This document shows, one piece after another, positions 8,899-20,370 of a stretch of 64,000 bases of DNA (positions are counted from its first letter, which is position 1; each line of letters begins with the position of its first letter). The notes under the pieces were generated by a model. The model was given only the letters and a program-made list of their open reading frames with translations, was not told where the DNA came from and did no database searches. The stretch is from an uncultured Verrucomicrobiae bacterium. GTDB lineage: Bacteria; Verrucomicrobiota; Verrucomicrobiia; Chthoniobacterales; Chthoniobacteraceae. The stretch is from positions 32,001 to 96,000 of the forward strand of contig CAWHEP010000004.1 of the NCBI GenBank assembly GCA_963828525.1, in the 5' to 3' direction. The translations under genes were made by a program, and so were the position numbers.

Positions 8899-10487
8899 GG
8901 ATGGCTCCATTCGATCTCCGCCAGCACAGGTCCGTTTTCCCCGTTCTGGAAGATTGTCTCGCCGAAAAGTGTTTCCTTCTTGGGATATGCTTTAAGAATC
9001 TGGCTGCCATCTTGCATGGTCACCCTCGTGACTGGTATCTTCAGCGTCACGGTGGTTCCGCGGCCCTGCACGCCCTGGATGTCGACCGCGCCTCCAAAGA
9101 GAAGGGAGCGCTCTCGCATTCCGAGCAAACCCAGTGAAGTGGATTGTTCTTCTGCCGAGATGCCTCGCCCATTGTCTTTCACAGTCACGATCAGCACATC
9201 GCTTGTCTGTTGCATCTGCACCTGGATTTTACTCGCCTTGGCATGGCGGGCGATGTTCGTCAGAGACTCCTGGACAATGGCAATAACGGTCTCGGAAAGC
9301 TTCGGATCAACCGGCGTATCATTTCGCACGGTCAGTTCGCACCGAACGCCGTAACGCTTTTGGAATTCCTTCGCTTGCCATTGCATTGCGGCATCGAGAC
9401 CAAACTCGTCGAGGAGCGGTGGGCGCAATTCCGCGCTGATCCTGCGCACCGTGTGCAACATCGTTTCGAGTGTGCTTTCCATGGAGGCAAGCCGTTCGAC
9501 TACCTCGGGCAGCGCTTCCGTCGAGCGAGCGACGCAAGCCCGCATGCGGGCGATCTCCATATTAAGCGCTGTAATTTCCTGCCCCAGTTCGTCATGCACT
9601 TCCCGCGCGATGGCCGCTCGCTCCTCCTCCCTCACGCGTTGCAGTCGCAAGGACAGCGCGCGCAACTGCGCGCGTGACTCCTCAAGCGTTTGGCGCGCCT
9701 GCCTGCTTGCGGTCACGTCTTCCGCCATGCCGATTATCTGCTCTGGCCTCCCGCTCGGTGTCCTTTTGAAGACAGTGTCACGGCTCAGAATCCAGAGCCA
9801 TTCGCCGCCCGCGCTCTTCAGCCGCACGCATGTCTCGAAGATCTCACCGTCTTGCGCGCTCTCAAGCCTGACAGCCCGCTCCGCCATCAGGGGGACATCG
9901 TCCGGATGCGCGAGTCCTGTGATGAAAAACGGAGCCATGCCGAAGAACTCCTCCACGCTATAGCCCAAGATCTTTTCGACTTGATGATTAACATATACGT
10001 ACCGGCCTTCCAGCATGTCATACACGTAAAGAATCGCCGGGGACGTATCGGCCACCCGCTCGATGAAACGCTGGCTGTCCCGCAGCGCTTCCTCCGCGTT
10101 TTTGCGGCGCGAGATGTCATGCACCGTCCCTTCGTAGTATTCGACCTTTCCGCTATCGTCACAAACCGCTCTGGCGGTCTCCGATATCCAAAGCTTCCGG
10201 CCATCGCGTTTCCAGACTTGAGATTCAAACTCCGTTACCTCCCGGTCCTCTTTCATGAGGCGTATGAACTCCTGACGCCGGTTTGGATCTACGTAGAGCT
10301 GGTGATTGATGTTCGTAAGCGCGTGCATCAAATCCTCCGGGGTAGGGTACCCGTAAAGAAGCGCCAGCGAGCGATTGGCCAGGACGTAATTCCCCTCGAC
10401 AGTCGTGCGAAAAACCCCTTCAAGGCCATGCTCGAAAAGACTGCGGTAGATATCGTTCATAGTGCCCGCTATTCCGGCTGTTATCAC
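8895..10487 (-). CDS. Cytoplasmic PAS-PAS sensor histidine kinase (HisKA_3 type)
   Basis: Two PAS/PAC domains; EERAAIAREVHDELGQ, QESLTNIARHA, DNGRG and LGLLGMRER. Confidence 0.93.
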   Translation of the reverse strand: MITAGIAGTMNDIYRSLFEHGLEGVFRTTVEGNYVLANRSLALLYGYPTPEDLMHALTNINHQLYVDPNRRQEFIRLMKEDREVTEFESQVWKRDGRKLWISETARAVCDDSGKVEYYEGTVHDISRRKNAEEALRDSQRFIERVADTSPAILYVYDMLEGRYVYVNHQVEKILGYSVEEFFGMAPFFITGLAHPDDVPLMAERAVRLESAQDGEIFETCVRLKSAGGEWLWILSRDTVFKRTPSGRPEQIIGMAEDVTASRQARQTLEESRAQLRALSLRLQRVREEERAAIAREVHDELGQEITALNMEIARMRACVARSTEALPEVVERLASMESTLETMLHTVRRISAELRPPLLDEFGLDAAMQWQAKEFQKRYGVRCELTVRNDTPVDPKLSETVIAIVQESLTNIARHAKASKIQVQMQQTSDVLIVTVKDNGRGISAEEQSTSLGLLGMRERSLLFGGAVDIQGVQGRGTTVTLKIPVTRVTMQDGSQILKAYPKKETLFGETIFQNGENGPVLAEIEWSHP

Positions 10488-10633
10488 TACTGGATTCAGC
10501 CTTGGCGGTCAATCGCAAACGCCGGACCACCGGCGCGGTCCGCGGCGGCGCGGCCGCGAATCCGCGCCGGGCGGGACGCTCCAAAGAATCGTTGGCGCAT
10601 CAACCGCAACCAATTATCTTTAGCCTCTTTCAA

Positions 10634-11158
10634 ATGGTAAATGAAGACAGCTTTCAATACGCGGTGGAGAACACCCGGGTGCTCCTTGCTCCACAGAGAC
10701 GGATAGAAACTTTCGGCAACACGAGCTTCCGATTTTATCTAATCACTGAGTTGATGGACAGCGTCAACCAGGTGCGCGTCAGAGATGGGCATCTCCACGC
10801 CGAGCGACCCCAAATCCTTGCGCCGGGTCACTATTCGCGCCTGCTCCTGGAAGGGTTCGGCGAGAAGGCGCGCGGTTTCGCGGATTGGCTGCAGAAGCAA
10901 GGCGAGAGTCTCGCAATTTTGAAATACGGTTTCCAGTTCCGCCGCACCGACGTAACGGAGAACGTTGTCTCCATTCCGCTCGATCAGGTCGTCGAAAACG
11001 TGAGAGCAACCGTGAGCAAGTCAAATGAACCGTTGAGCGCGATCATCCATGGCATTGATGACGCGTGGGAGGTATGTCTTCTGAAATTCGCTTCCGATCT
11101 CATTCAGCAATCGGCTGGCGCGAACCTGGGCGACTTCCGGAAAAAAGGTCTGCTTTAG
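10634..11158 (+). CDS. Conserved hypothetical protein
   Basis: Globular-looking ORF from ATG 10634 (MVNEDSFQYAVENTRV...), co-oriented with the LysM gene and accA. Confidence 0.7.
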   Translation: MVNEDSFQYAVENTRVLLAPQRRIETFGNTSFRFYLITELMDSVNQVRVRDGHLHAERPQILAPGHYSRLLLEGFGEKARGFADWLQKQGESLAILKYGFQFRRTDVTENVVSIPLDQVVENVRATVSKSNEPLSAIIHGIDDAWEVCLLKFASDLIQQSAGANLGDFRKKGLL

Positions 11159-11183
11159 TGCCGGGTGAGGGGGCCTGCGCGCC

Positions 11184-12024
11184 GTGAGAATCCTTTTCAA
11201 GGCTCTTTTCCTCCTCCTTCTGAGCATCGTCATTTTCGGGACGGGCGGCTATTTCATCTATGATATGTTCGTCAAGCCTCAGAGGCTGGAGAAGGAGGAT
11301 ATTGCATTCGGAACGCCGACCCCGCCGCCAGACGCGAGTCTGCCTGAGTTTGCCAGGTGCGAGGCGTTGAGGAGGGAAGGTAAACTCGTAGAATCCCGCG
11401 CCGCCTTTGAGAGCTTCATCGATAACAACCCGGAATCGACGAAGCTGGAAGAGGCCAAAGCCGAGCTCGGAACGATAAACGTGGACATTTTCTCCTCCAA
11501 GTATCCCGCGCCCGAAAAACAGGAATATGTCGTGCAAAAGGGTGACAATCTGATGAAGGTAGCCGCGAAGATGAAGACGACACCCGAGCTCATCATGCGC
11601 TCGAATAATCTGAGCGGGACGGTGCTTCGTCTCGGCGAGCGTCTTCTCATATCGCAATCTGCCTTCTCAATTACCATCAGCCGCAAACAGAAGAATGTGA
11701 TTCTCTTCAATAAGAATAGGTTTTTTAAGCAATACTCCGTGAAGGCGTGGAACGCGCCCGCCGCGCGGCTGGCCGCGCCCGTGGTGGGGAAGGTCCGGGG
11801 CAAACTTGCCTGGAAAAATAGCCAGCAGGTTGCCGTTGAGTGGAAAGGATTACTCCGGCAGCCCGCGCTGGGTGGAGGTTGGCGATAACGGCTATACCCT
11901 TTACTCACTCGGCTTCGAAGGCGATAAGAGCACGAAACCTAACGGTGGCATCGAGTTGACGCAGGACGATATGGAAGAGCTTTCAACCCTGGTGAATAAG
12001 AATGTTCCGGTCAGCATCGAATAA
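11184..12024 (+). CDS. Membrane-anchored TPR-LysM protein with a degenerate YkuD-like C-terminus; frameshift near 11840
   Basis: N-terminal TM; LysM motif YVVQKGDNLMKVAAKMKTTPELIMRSNNL. Continues in ORF 11806-12024. Confidence 0.75.
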
Positions 12025-12031
12025 GGCGCCA

Positions 12032-13005
12032 TTGAAGACTCAGCCGCTGGAGTTCGAAAAGCCGATCGTTGAACTCGAAGAAAAGCTGCAGGACCTCAAA
12101 AAGCACTCTCGCGCGCATGACATCAACTTCGACTCCGAGGTGCGCCGCATGGAGTCGATCATTCAGGAGACGAAGCGGGAGATTTACTGAATCTCACTGC
12201 TTGGCAGCGGGTGCAGATCGCCCGCCATCCTGGCCGCCCTTTGCGCTTGACTATTTCCACCACTCGTTCGCTGATTTCCTGGAGATTCATGGCGACCGCC
12301 TTTTTGGTGACGACAAGGCGATGCCTGGCGGGTTCGCAACGATGAAGGATTTTCGCTGTATCGTGATCGGGCACCAGAAGGGCCGCGATACCAAAGAGAA
12401 CCTTAACCGCAACTTCGGCAGCGCTCATCCGGAGGGGTATCGCAAAGCGCTCCGCCTCATGCGGATGGGCGCGAAGTTTTCCCTGCCGGTTGTTGCCCTG
12501 ATCGATACTCCAGGCGCGTATCCCGGGGTCGGGGCCGAAGAAAGGCATATTTCTGAAGCAATCGCGGTGAACATTCGCGAGATGATGGTCTTGCGCACCC
12601 CCATCATTGCTGTCGTTATTGGCGAAGGGGGGATCTGGGAGGCGCCCTCGGGATCGGCGTTGCGGACCGAGTGATGATGCTGGAAAACGCCTACTACTCC
12701 GTTATCAGCCCGGAAGGGTGTGCGGCGATCCTATGGAAACATCGCAACCAGGCCCCGCTTGGCGGCGGAAGCTCTGAAACTTACCGCCCGTGACCTTGAG
12801 GAACTCGCGCTGGTGGATGAAGTGCTTCCCGAACCGATGGGCGGCGCTCACCAGGATCCAGAGCGCATCGTCAAAGGACGTCAAAATATCGGTGACCCGG
12901 CATCTGCAGGAGCTCTCCAAAATGCCGATGGAAACCTTGCTCGAGCAGCGTTACCAAAAGTTTAGGAGAGTCGGCAGTTTTGCCGGTGAGGACGATTCCT
13001 CCTAG
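12032..13005 (+). CDS. accA: Acetyl-CoA carboxylase carboxyltransferase alpha subunit; several frameshifts, likely sequencing errors
   Basis: [47 protein letters not shown] and [10 protein letters not shown] lie in successive frames. Confidence 0.92.
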
Positions 13006-13767
13006 AAGCGGGTTTCGCTTATATAAGCCATCACGCTGCTGCGGATGGCGTCCGCAATTTGAGCTTTGCTCTGATTGCGAATTTCGGCTTGAACCAGGGG
13101 AAAAGCCCAATCAGATCATGCGTGACAAGAATCTGGCCATCCGCATCCTCCACCGGAGCCGATTCCAATTGTAGGGATCTGAACCTCGATTCGTGATTTT
13201 TTTCGCCAGGACGGGAGTTACGAGTTCCAGCACGATTGCGAAGGCGCCCGCCCGTTCCACAGTCTTTGCGTCATCGAGCAGAGCGGCGGCGGATTCCGGC
13301 GTGACTCCTTTTATCCTGTAGGCGCCTTCTTCGAGGATGTGTTGTGGCAGCATGCCGATATGCGCGCAAACCGGGATGCCGCCGCTCGCGATGGCGGCAA
13401 TTTCCCGGGTGCGCGAAATGCCCCCCTCCAGTTTCACCGCGTCCGCTCCGGCTTGCATCAACCGGACGGCATTCGAAACCGCCTGCCGCGGGTCTTCGTA
13501 GGTTCCAAAAGGCATGTCCGCGACTACCGGAGACCGCTTAACCGCCCGCGAAACCGCGCGGCAGTGATGCTCAATATCCTCCATTGTCACGGACGTCGTG
13601 TCCGGATACCCAAGGACGACCATGCCTAGCGAGTCTCCGACGAGGATCAGGTCAATCCCGCTTTCATCCAGCAGCCGCGCGAGCGGGTAGTCGTAAGCAG
13701 TCAGAGCGGCGATTTTACGCCCATTCTGTTTTGCGGCGCGAATTTGGTCCAGTGATCGCAACGTCAT
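13002..13767 (-). CDS. panB: 3-methyl-2-oxobutanoate hydroxymethyltransferase; frameshifts near the 3' end
   Basis: LTAYD, LVGDSLGM, VADMPF and VKLEGG. IPTIGIG and DGQILVTHDLIG appear in shifted frames. Confidence 0.93.
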
Positions 13768-14266
13768 CCGAGTTTCTCCGCAAACTGCGCGACCCTTGCA
13801 TCCGGCGCCTTTGCCAGAAGCTCCAGCGCCGTCTCATTTCGGCCTGGCAGCACCAGATCCGGGCGGATGTCGCAGAGTGGCGCGAGCACAAAGCGGCGCA
13901 GATGGATGCGTGGATGCGGGATAATGATCTCCTCGTTGTTCAGAGTGAGATTCCCAACATATAGGATATCCAGGTCAATGATGCGCGGAGCGTTGCGAGG
14001 CCGCTTTCCTCGTCGCCCCATTATTTTTTCGATGGTGTGCAATGCATCGAGTAACGTGATGGCTTGTCCCACATAGTCGAGTTGGACAACCGCGTTCAGA
14101 TACGGTCCTGCGTCAATCCCGCAGTCCACTGGCTCTGTCTCGTAAACAGGCGAGCATATAAGCGCTCCCCGTCCGCTATGAACCAACGCCAGCGACTTCA
14201 GCGCGTCTTGTAGATTGGCGCAGACCGGTCTCCGACATTCGATCCGAGAGCGATTCCGGTATCCAC
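13764..14266 (-). CDS. folK: 6-hydroxymethyl-7,8-dihydropterin pyrophosphokinase; frameshift near 14220
   Basis: GTG start then DTGIALGSNVGDR. YETEP, PRIIDLDIL and IPHPR...RRFVLAPL motifs. Confidence 0.92.
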
Positions 14267-15037
<771 letters not shown>

Positions 15038-15041
<4 letters not shown>

Positions 15042-15919
15042 GCCGCAATCACCCCGCATCGTTGCAAAGTGGCCTTCAAGACGAGCATATTTGCTTCGCT
15101 CATCTCACACAGCGGCAAACGCACGTCTGCTTGCATGCGCCCCGCCATCGCCAGCGCGGCCTTGATCGGCACGGGATTTGTCTCGAGAAACAGGTCTTTG
15201 AACAGAGGATAACAGCGCCGATGGATTTCGCGCGCGACATCCATCCTACCGCTGTGAAACGCCTCCACCAGGCGAGCCACCTCCCCGGGAATTATATTCG
15301 AAGCAACGCTGATGACCCCCACTGCTCCGGCCGCGAGGAAAGGCAGGGTGAGGGGATCATCTCCAGAGAGTATCTCGAACTCAGGCCGAAGCGCATTCCG
15401 AAGCTGGCTTACCCGATCTACATTGCCCCCGCTTTCTTTTATCGCGACGATGTTCTCGCGCGCGTCCGCGAGACGCGAGACAGTTTCGACCGCGATCTCA
15501 ACGGCGCAGCGACCCGGTATGCTGTAGAGGATGATTGGCAGCTTCGTGCTCTCCGCCACCGCCTTGAAATGCCTGAATAGCCCTTCTTGCGAAGGTTTAT
15601 TGTAGTAGGGAGCCACAAGCAGCGCCGCGTTGGCGCCAGCCTTCTCTGCTTCCCGAGTCAGCTCGATTGCCTCCTTCGTTGAATTGGAGCCAGTGCCGGC
15701 TATCACGAGACATCGCTCTCGCGCGAAACGTATGGCTAGTTCGATTACGCGGGCGTGTTCGGCATTGTCGAGCGTTGGCGATTCGCCTGTCGTCCCCACA
15801 GGCACAAGCCCTGTGATCTTATTCTCGATTTGAAATTCGATCAGCCGTTCAAACGCGCTCTCGTCGATGACGTCATTCAGAAAAGGCGTCACCAATGCTG
15901 TGAATGCTCCGTGAAACAT
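15038..15919 (-). CDS. dapA: 4-hydroxy-tetrahydrodipicolinate synthase
   Basis: GTTGESPTL, PYYNKP, AIKES, SGDD and TNPVPIKAAL motifs. Confidence 0.96.
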
Positions 15920-15927
15920 ACGCGAAT

Positions 15928-16755
15928 TTACAAATCAATATTGCCGTCGAAAACGAAATCCGCTGGCCCAGTCAGCGTTACATCCCCGAGTCCATCCGCG
16001 CGGAACCCGACGAGCAGCGTTTCCCCGCCACGCACCCGCGCCCTGATCGGGGCCTTTGCCCCCGTCACCCTGCAAAAAATGAGCGCGCAGGCGACAACCC
16101 CTGTACCACATGCAAGCGTCTCTCCTTCAACCCCGCGCTCGAACGTTCTAATTGCAATCTCATCAGGGCCAAGCTTCTCCACAAAATTCACGTTTGTGCC
16201 CTTCGGAGCGAATAGAGCATGGTGGCGCACAGCGGATCCGCGTTTCTCTACGTCCACTCGTGATACATCATCCACAAAGATGACTGCGTGAGGAACCCCC
16301 GTGTTGACGGAATGGACAGTGAGTGACTCTCCATCAACGTTGACGTTCAACGCCTCCCGGAAATCCCTCGGCTCGCCCATTGCGATACGGACGGAGTCCC
16401 CGAGAAGTTCGGCTCCTATGTGACCTGCTTGTGTCTCGAAACTCACTTTGTCCATACCTCCCGCAGCCCTGCTTGCGAAACGCGCGAAGCATCTCGCTCC
16501 GTTTCCGCACATCTCTGCTTCGCCACCATCGCTATTGTAATACCGCATACGGAACGATGGCGCGTCGCTGCCGTAGCCACCCGAATCCCCATTACCTCTC
16601 GCTGTTTCCAGCAGCAGCACGCCGTCCGCTCCTACTCCGCGGTGGCGATCACAAATCCGTCGGATCGCTCCGGCGCCCAATTCCAACTTCCCGTCACGGT
16701 TGTCGAACACGACGAAGTCATTGCCGGCCCCGTTCATCTTCGTGAAATTCAGCAT
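15928..16755 (-). CDS. dapF: Diaminopimelate epimerase
   Basis: FTKMNGAGNDF, EMCGNGARC and ERGVEGETLACGTG motifs. Confidence 0.97.
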   Translation of the reverse strand: MLNFTKMNGAGNDFVVFDNRDGKLELGAGAIRRICDRHRGVGADGVLLLETARGNGDSGGYGSDAPSFRMRYYNSDGGEAEMCGNGARCFARFASRAAGGMDKVSFETQAGHIGAELLGDSVRIAMGEPRDFREALNVNVDGESLTVHSVNTGVPHAVIFVDDVSRVDVEKRGSAVRHHALFAPKGTNVNFVEKLGPDEIAIRTFERGVEGETLACGTGVVACALIFCRVTGAKAPIRARVRGGETLLVGFRADGLGDVTLTGPADFVFDGNIDL

Positions 16756-16904
16756 TGGCTGTGATTAACATACTTCTTCTTCTTTGCAAAACGGCAGATG
16801 ACGCTCAGGGCGGACGCAGGGGACAAAGGTGCCAAGGATTACTTTTCAACGATTGATCAGAACACGCGTCTTTACAGGGCGGCCCACCGACTTTATCTTT
16901 CAGT

Positions 16905-17306
16905 CGGATGGCAGACGGTCGCTGCCGGGAAACCGGCAGAGGAAAGTCCGAACACCATAAGGCAGCATGCCGCGTAGAAAACGCGGGCTCTGGCACTGCA
17001 AAGTGCCACTGACGGAAAGTGTCACAGAAAATTAAACCGCCTGCCGGTTCGCGAGAACCGGTCGGCAAGGGTGAAAAGGCGAGGCAAGAGCTCACCGCCC
17101 GTCATGCGAATGACGGGGCACGAAAAACCCCATGCGGTGCAAGACAGAACAGAGAGGGGAAAGCCTGTCCAGCGCTCTTCGGAGCGCGCCTTTCGGGTAT
17201 TAGTCGCACCTGGCTTTTTGCCGGGCGCGCCGCGTGAGCGGCGTGAGACAAATGACCGTCCCGTGCCTTAACGGGCGCGAGACAGAATTCGGCTTACAGC
17301 CATCCG
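16905..17306 (+). ncRNA. rnpB: RNase P RNA (type A)
   Basis: P1 helix CGGATGGC/GCCATCCG, GAGGAAAGTCC, GGAAAGTGTCACAGAAA, GGGTGAAAAGG and ACAGAATTCGGCTTA conserved regions. Confidence 0.96.
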
Positions 17307-17355
17307 CTGTTCGGGGATGCCATCGAAAGATGGCATCCTCGTTCCTTTATTAGCG

Positions 17356-17586
17356 TCAGTGTGCCTTGTTGCGTGGGCCGGATGGCAGCGAGTCGGCGCC
17401 AAGCGAAGGGCTGTAGCTCGGTTCGGCGAAGAAAGGCATCTTTGGATGCGGAGTGGCGACTGGTGTTACAGCTATGGGCGCCGGAGTCGGAGTTGGTTCG
17501 GGCGAAGAGAACCTGCTCCTTAGCGACTGGTCCCAGGTTAGGATGATCAACGCGGCTATGATCAGCAGAAACAGCAAGGACCTCAT
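17356..17586 (-). CDS. Small membrane-anchored Pro/Thr-rich protein
   Basis: Hydrophobic N-terminus MRSLLFLLIIAALIILTW followed by PEPTPTPAP. Confidence 0.6.
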   Translation of the reverse strand: MRSLLFLLIIAALIILTWDQSLRSRFSSPEPTPTPAPIAVTPVATPHPKMPFFAEPSYSPSLGADSLPSGPRNKAH

Positions 17587-17637
17587 GGCTGGCTACTCCC
17601 GGGCTCGGACCTCACTGTGGGCGCTGAGCTGATGGTT

Positions 17638-18171
17638 CTAGTTCCATAGATCCCGGAGATCGGGATCCCGTCTGGCGTTCTTCTTGAATGAAGAGTTCAT
17701 CTTGATCGCCGCGCGGATGCACTTGCGCGCCTTTACTGGGTCGCCCAGGCGCGCTTCATAACACGCGAGGTTGTAATGGAGGATGCCGGTACAGCGAATC
17801 CACTCCGGAGCGGACATAAGAGCCTGAATGGCTTTGCCACCTTCGTGAAGCTGATCCAGCGCGAAAGCGCGTTGCACCGGGAATTCATCCTCGGCTGGGT
17901 AGAGCATCGTTCCTTCATGCGACAGCCGTTCTGCTTCAACCCATTTTCGCATGTGCAACAATGCTCGTATGCGCGATCCCAGGACGGCTGGAGATTTCTG
18001 AAACTGTTCGGGGATGCCATCCAGCTCCTGAATGGCCTCCGCTGGCAGGCCAAGAAAGAGATACCCGTCCACCGCCGCCAGCGGGCGCAGGAGCACCGAA
18101 TCGTCGTCCGTCTTTTTGTTAATCAGGTAAAGCATGGCATCAAGCAGCGCGCGATAGCTCACCCAATCCAA
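17638..18171 (-). CDS. TPR protein (start uncertain)
   Basis: HYNLACYEARLG...AIKMNSSFKKNARRDPDLRDL, a TPR-end type motif. Confidence 0.78.
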   Translation of the reverse strand: MDWVSYRALLDAMLYLINKKTDDDSVLLRPLAAVDGYLFLGLPAEAIQELDGIPEQFQKSPAVLGSRIRALLHMRKWVEAERLSHEGTMLYPAEDEFPVQRAFALDQLHEGGKAIQALMSAPEWIRCTGILHYNLACYEARLGDPVKARKCIRAAIKMNSSFKKNARRDPDLRDLWN

Positions 18172-18299
18172 ATTCTCGCAAGAGATGATCCCAGTGAAAG
18201 CGCCAGTCCCGGCGCTGAATGACCTTTCGGCGAATGCAGGCCAGGTGCAGGATGCAACGATGGGCTTTGTGAAGAAGGGCCATATTCACCTTTGATATT

Positions 18300-18315
18300 A
18301 GCATCGGCCATGCCA
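18300..18315 (-). promoter_or_regulatory. Putative sigma54 -24/-12 promoter for the TPR gene
   Basis: Minus strand reads TGGCATGGCCGATGCT (GG-N10-GC) in an intergenic region, in the correct orientation. Confidence 0.5.
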
Positions 18316-18390
18316 GCCTTTTTACGGGTGATTTTTGACGGCAAAAGCAGCGCCCGCGCTCCCCAAAGTCGCGGCGAAGAGTCGAAGACT

Positions 18391-19035
18391 TTAGGAGGGG
18401 CGGGAAGACGAGTTTAGCAGGACAACGGCTGACGCGGCTACTGCGACAAGTACCAGGCTGAGGGTGATTGCCTCGGACTGGTTGCCGGATTCCACAGCGG
18501 AGTAGATGGCAACCGCCGCAGTTTGTGTGCGCCCGGGGATATTTCCGGCGAACATCAGCGTGGCCCCAAATTCTCCAAGGGCGCGCACAAAACCTAAAAG
18601 CAGCCCGGCTGCCACCCCAGGCCAAGCCAGGGGTACCATGACCTGCCAGAGAATCCTCCATTCTGAGAACCCGGAAATGCGGGCTAGATCCACCAGGTCG
18701 CGATCAACCTGGAAGAAAGCAGTCCGGCTCGTCTGGTACAGGATGGGGAAGCATACCAGAAAGGAGGCGATCACTGCCGCGGACCAGGAAAAAGCAACGT
18801 GCCAGCCTATAGTGTAGAGAATCGAGCCGACGGGGGACTTGCGACCAAAAAAAAGCAGCAACCCCAGGCCGACAACGGTCGGTGGAAGGGCCACCGGCAG
18901 CATCAGGAGACTGTCTGTAAACAAGCCGAGCGAACGTCCCTGCCGCAGTCTCCAGCGCGCCAGCAGTATGGCTGCGATAAAGCTGAGGAGAGTCGCCACC
19001 AAGGCGGTCTTCAGGGTAATCCACAGCGGTTCCAT
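18391..19035 (-). CDS. modB: Molybdate ABC transporter permease
   Basis: LPVALPPTVVG and FVRALGEFGATLMFAGNIPGRTQT motifs. Confidence 0.92.
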   Translation of the reverse strand: MEPLWITLKTALVATLLSFIAAILLARWRLRQGRSLGLFTDSLLMLPVALPPTVVGLGLLLFFGRKSPVGSILYTIGWHVAFSWSAAVIASFLVCFPILYQTSRTAFFQVDRDLVDLARISGFSEWRILWQVMVPLAWPGVAAGLLLGFVRALGEFGATLMFAGNIPGRTQTAAVAIYSAVESGNQSEAITLSLVLVAVAASAVVLLNSSSRPS

Positions 19036-19173
19036 CACCAGTTTCGAAGTTTCGCTTCGGACCGATGGACGCGCAATGAAAATCCGAAGGCGCGACATTC
19101 CTTCTCCGAGCATTGACGGAAACGGGCATTTCGTCGCACTCTCCCTATTCCTCCAAACCAAATATTCCCCCTT

Positions 19174-20370
19174 ATGCAAAATCCTTTTCTTGGCGTCATA
19201 TTCCATTGGCTGGGCGGCTTGGCCTCGGGCAGCTTCTACGTTCCCTACAGAGGGGTTCGCAGGTGGTCGTGGGAGACGTACTGGCTTGTAGGCGGTTTTT
19301 TTTCCTGGATCATCTGCCCGTGGCTGCTGGCTACCGTTCTCACCAAGGGGACGCTCGCAGTCCTGGCCTCTCAGTCGCCTTGGACCCTATTTTGGACGGC
19401 ATTTTTTGGCGCGCTTTGGGGATTTGGTGGTCTTACGTTTGGACTAACGATGCGCTACCTCGGCATGTCGTTGGGAATGGGCGTCGCCCTGGGCTATTGC
19501 GCAGCCTTTGGCACTCTGCTCCCGCCTATCTTCAAGAGCTTCATGCCGAGCATCCCGGTGGCTGAGAGCATTTCTCAAATCGCATCCACGACCTCAGGCA
19601 AGGTAACCTTGGCCGGGGTGGCGATCTGTCTTCTTGGGATCGGCATCGCCGCCCTCGCAGGCTTGAACAAGGAACGTGAAATGGATGAGGAGTCCAAGAG
19701 AAAGACGATAGCCGAGTTCAACTTTAAGAAGGGCCTGCTCGTCGCCACTTTCTCGGGGATCATGAGCGCCTGTTTTGCGTTTGCGCTTACCGCAGCGAAC
19801 CCGATCGCAATAGCCTCAGCCAAAGCGGGGACGTCCGCTCTCTGGACGGGCCTGCCAAAGCTCATCGTTGTGCTGGCGGGTGGCTTTCTCACCAACTTTG
19901 TCTGGTGCGTCCTGCTAAACCTGAAGAACAGCACCGGCTACCAATACTTTGCTTCTCATGTCCGCGCGGAGCACGCGCATGAAGGCGGCTTGGGCGGTGG
20001 TGAACATGGACGGGCGCAAGTTGCTCTGGAGGAAGGCCAGATTATGGATCTGAAGGTGCCTGTGCTCGCCAACTACCTTTTCTCGGCGTTGGCTGGAACC
20101 ACTTGGTACTTTCAGTTTTTCTTTTACACCATGGGAGCTACTCAGATGGGTAAATATGACTTCGCGTCATGGACGCTCCATATGGCGAGCATCATCATTT
20201 TCAGCACGATGTGGGGATGGATCTTCCACGAATGGAAGGGATCGAGCAGACGCACTCATACGCTCATAGCCGCTGGCATCGCTACCCTCATTTTTTCGAC
20301 AATTGTTGTCGGTTACGGGAACCACATGAAGGCGGATGCCGACAAACAGCAGGCCGCCGACTCCCATTGA
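19174..20370 (+). CDS. rhaT: L-rhamnose/proton symporter
   Basis: GVIFHWLGG, WSWETYW, TMRYLGMSLG, WYFQFFFY and SWTLHM motifs. Confidence 0.92.
   Translation: MQNPFLGVIFHWLGGLASGSFYVPYRGVRRWSWETYWLVGGFFSWIICPWLLATVLTKGTLAVLASQSPWTLFWTAFFGALWGFGGLTFGLTMRYLGMSLGMGVALGYCAAFGTLLPPIFKSFMPSIPVAESISQIASTTSGKVTLAGVAICLLGIGIAALAGLNKEREMDEESKRKTIAEFNFKKGLLVATFSGIMSACFAFALTAANPIAIASAKAGTSALWTGLPKLIVVLAGGFLTNFVWCVLLNLKNSTGYQYFASHVRAEHAHEGGLGGGEHGRAQVALEEGQIMDLKVPVLANYLFSALAGTTWYFQFFFYTMGATQMGKYDFASWTLHMASIIIFSTMWGWIFHEWKGSSRRTHTLIAAGIATLIFSTIVVGYGNHMKADADKQQAADSH

Noticed and set aside
6882..10487. Integrative element at tRNA-Gln
   Set aside because: No integrase is present and I did not see a duplicated tRNA 3' end in the window.
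16805..17271. ORFs here, including one with VPEP as a possible PEP-CTERM substrate
   Set aside because: They overlap the RNase P RNA, and the VPEP is not followed by a TM and basic tail.
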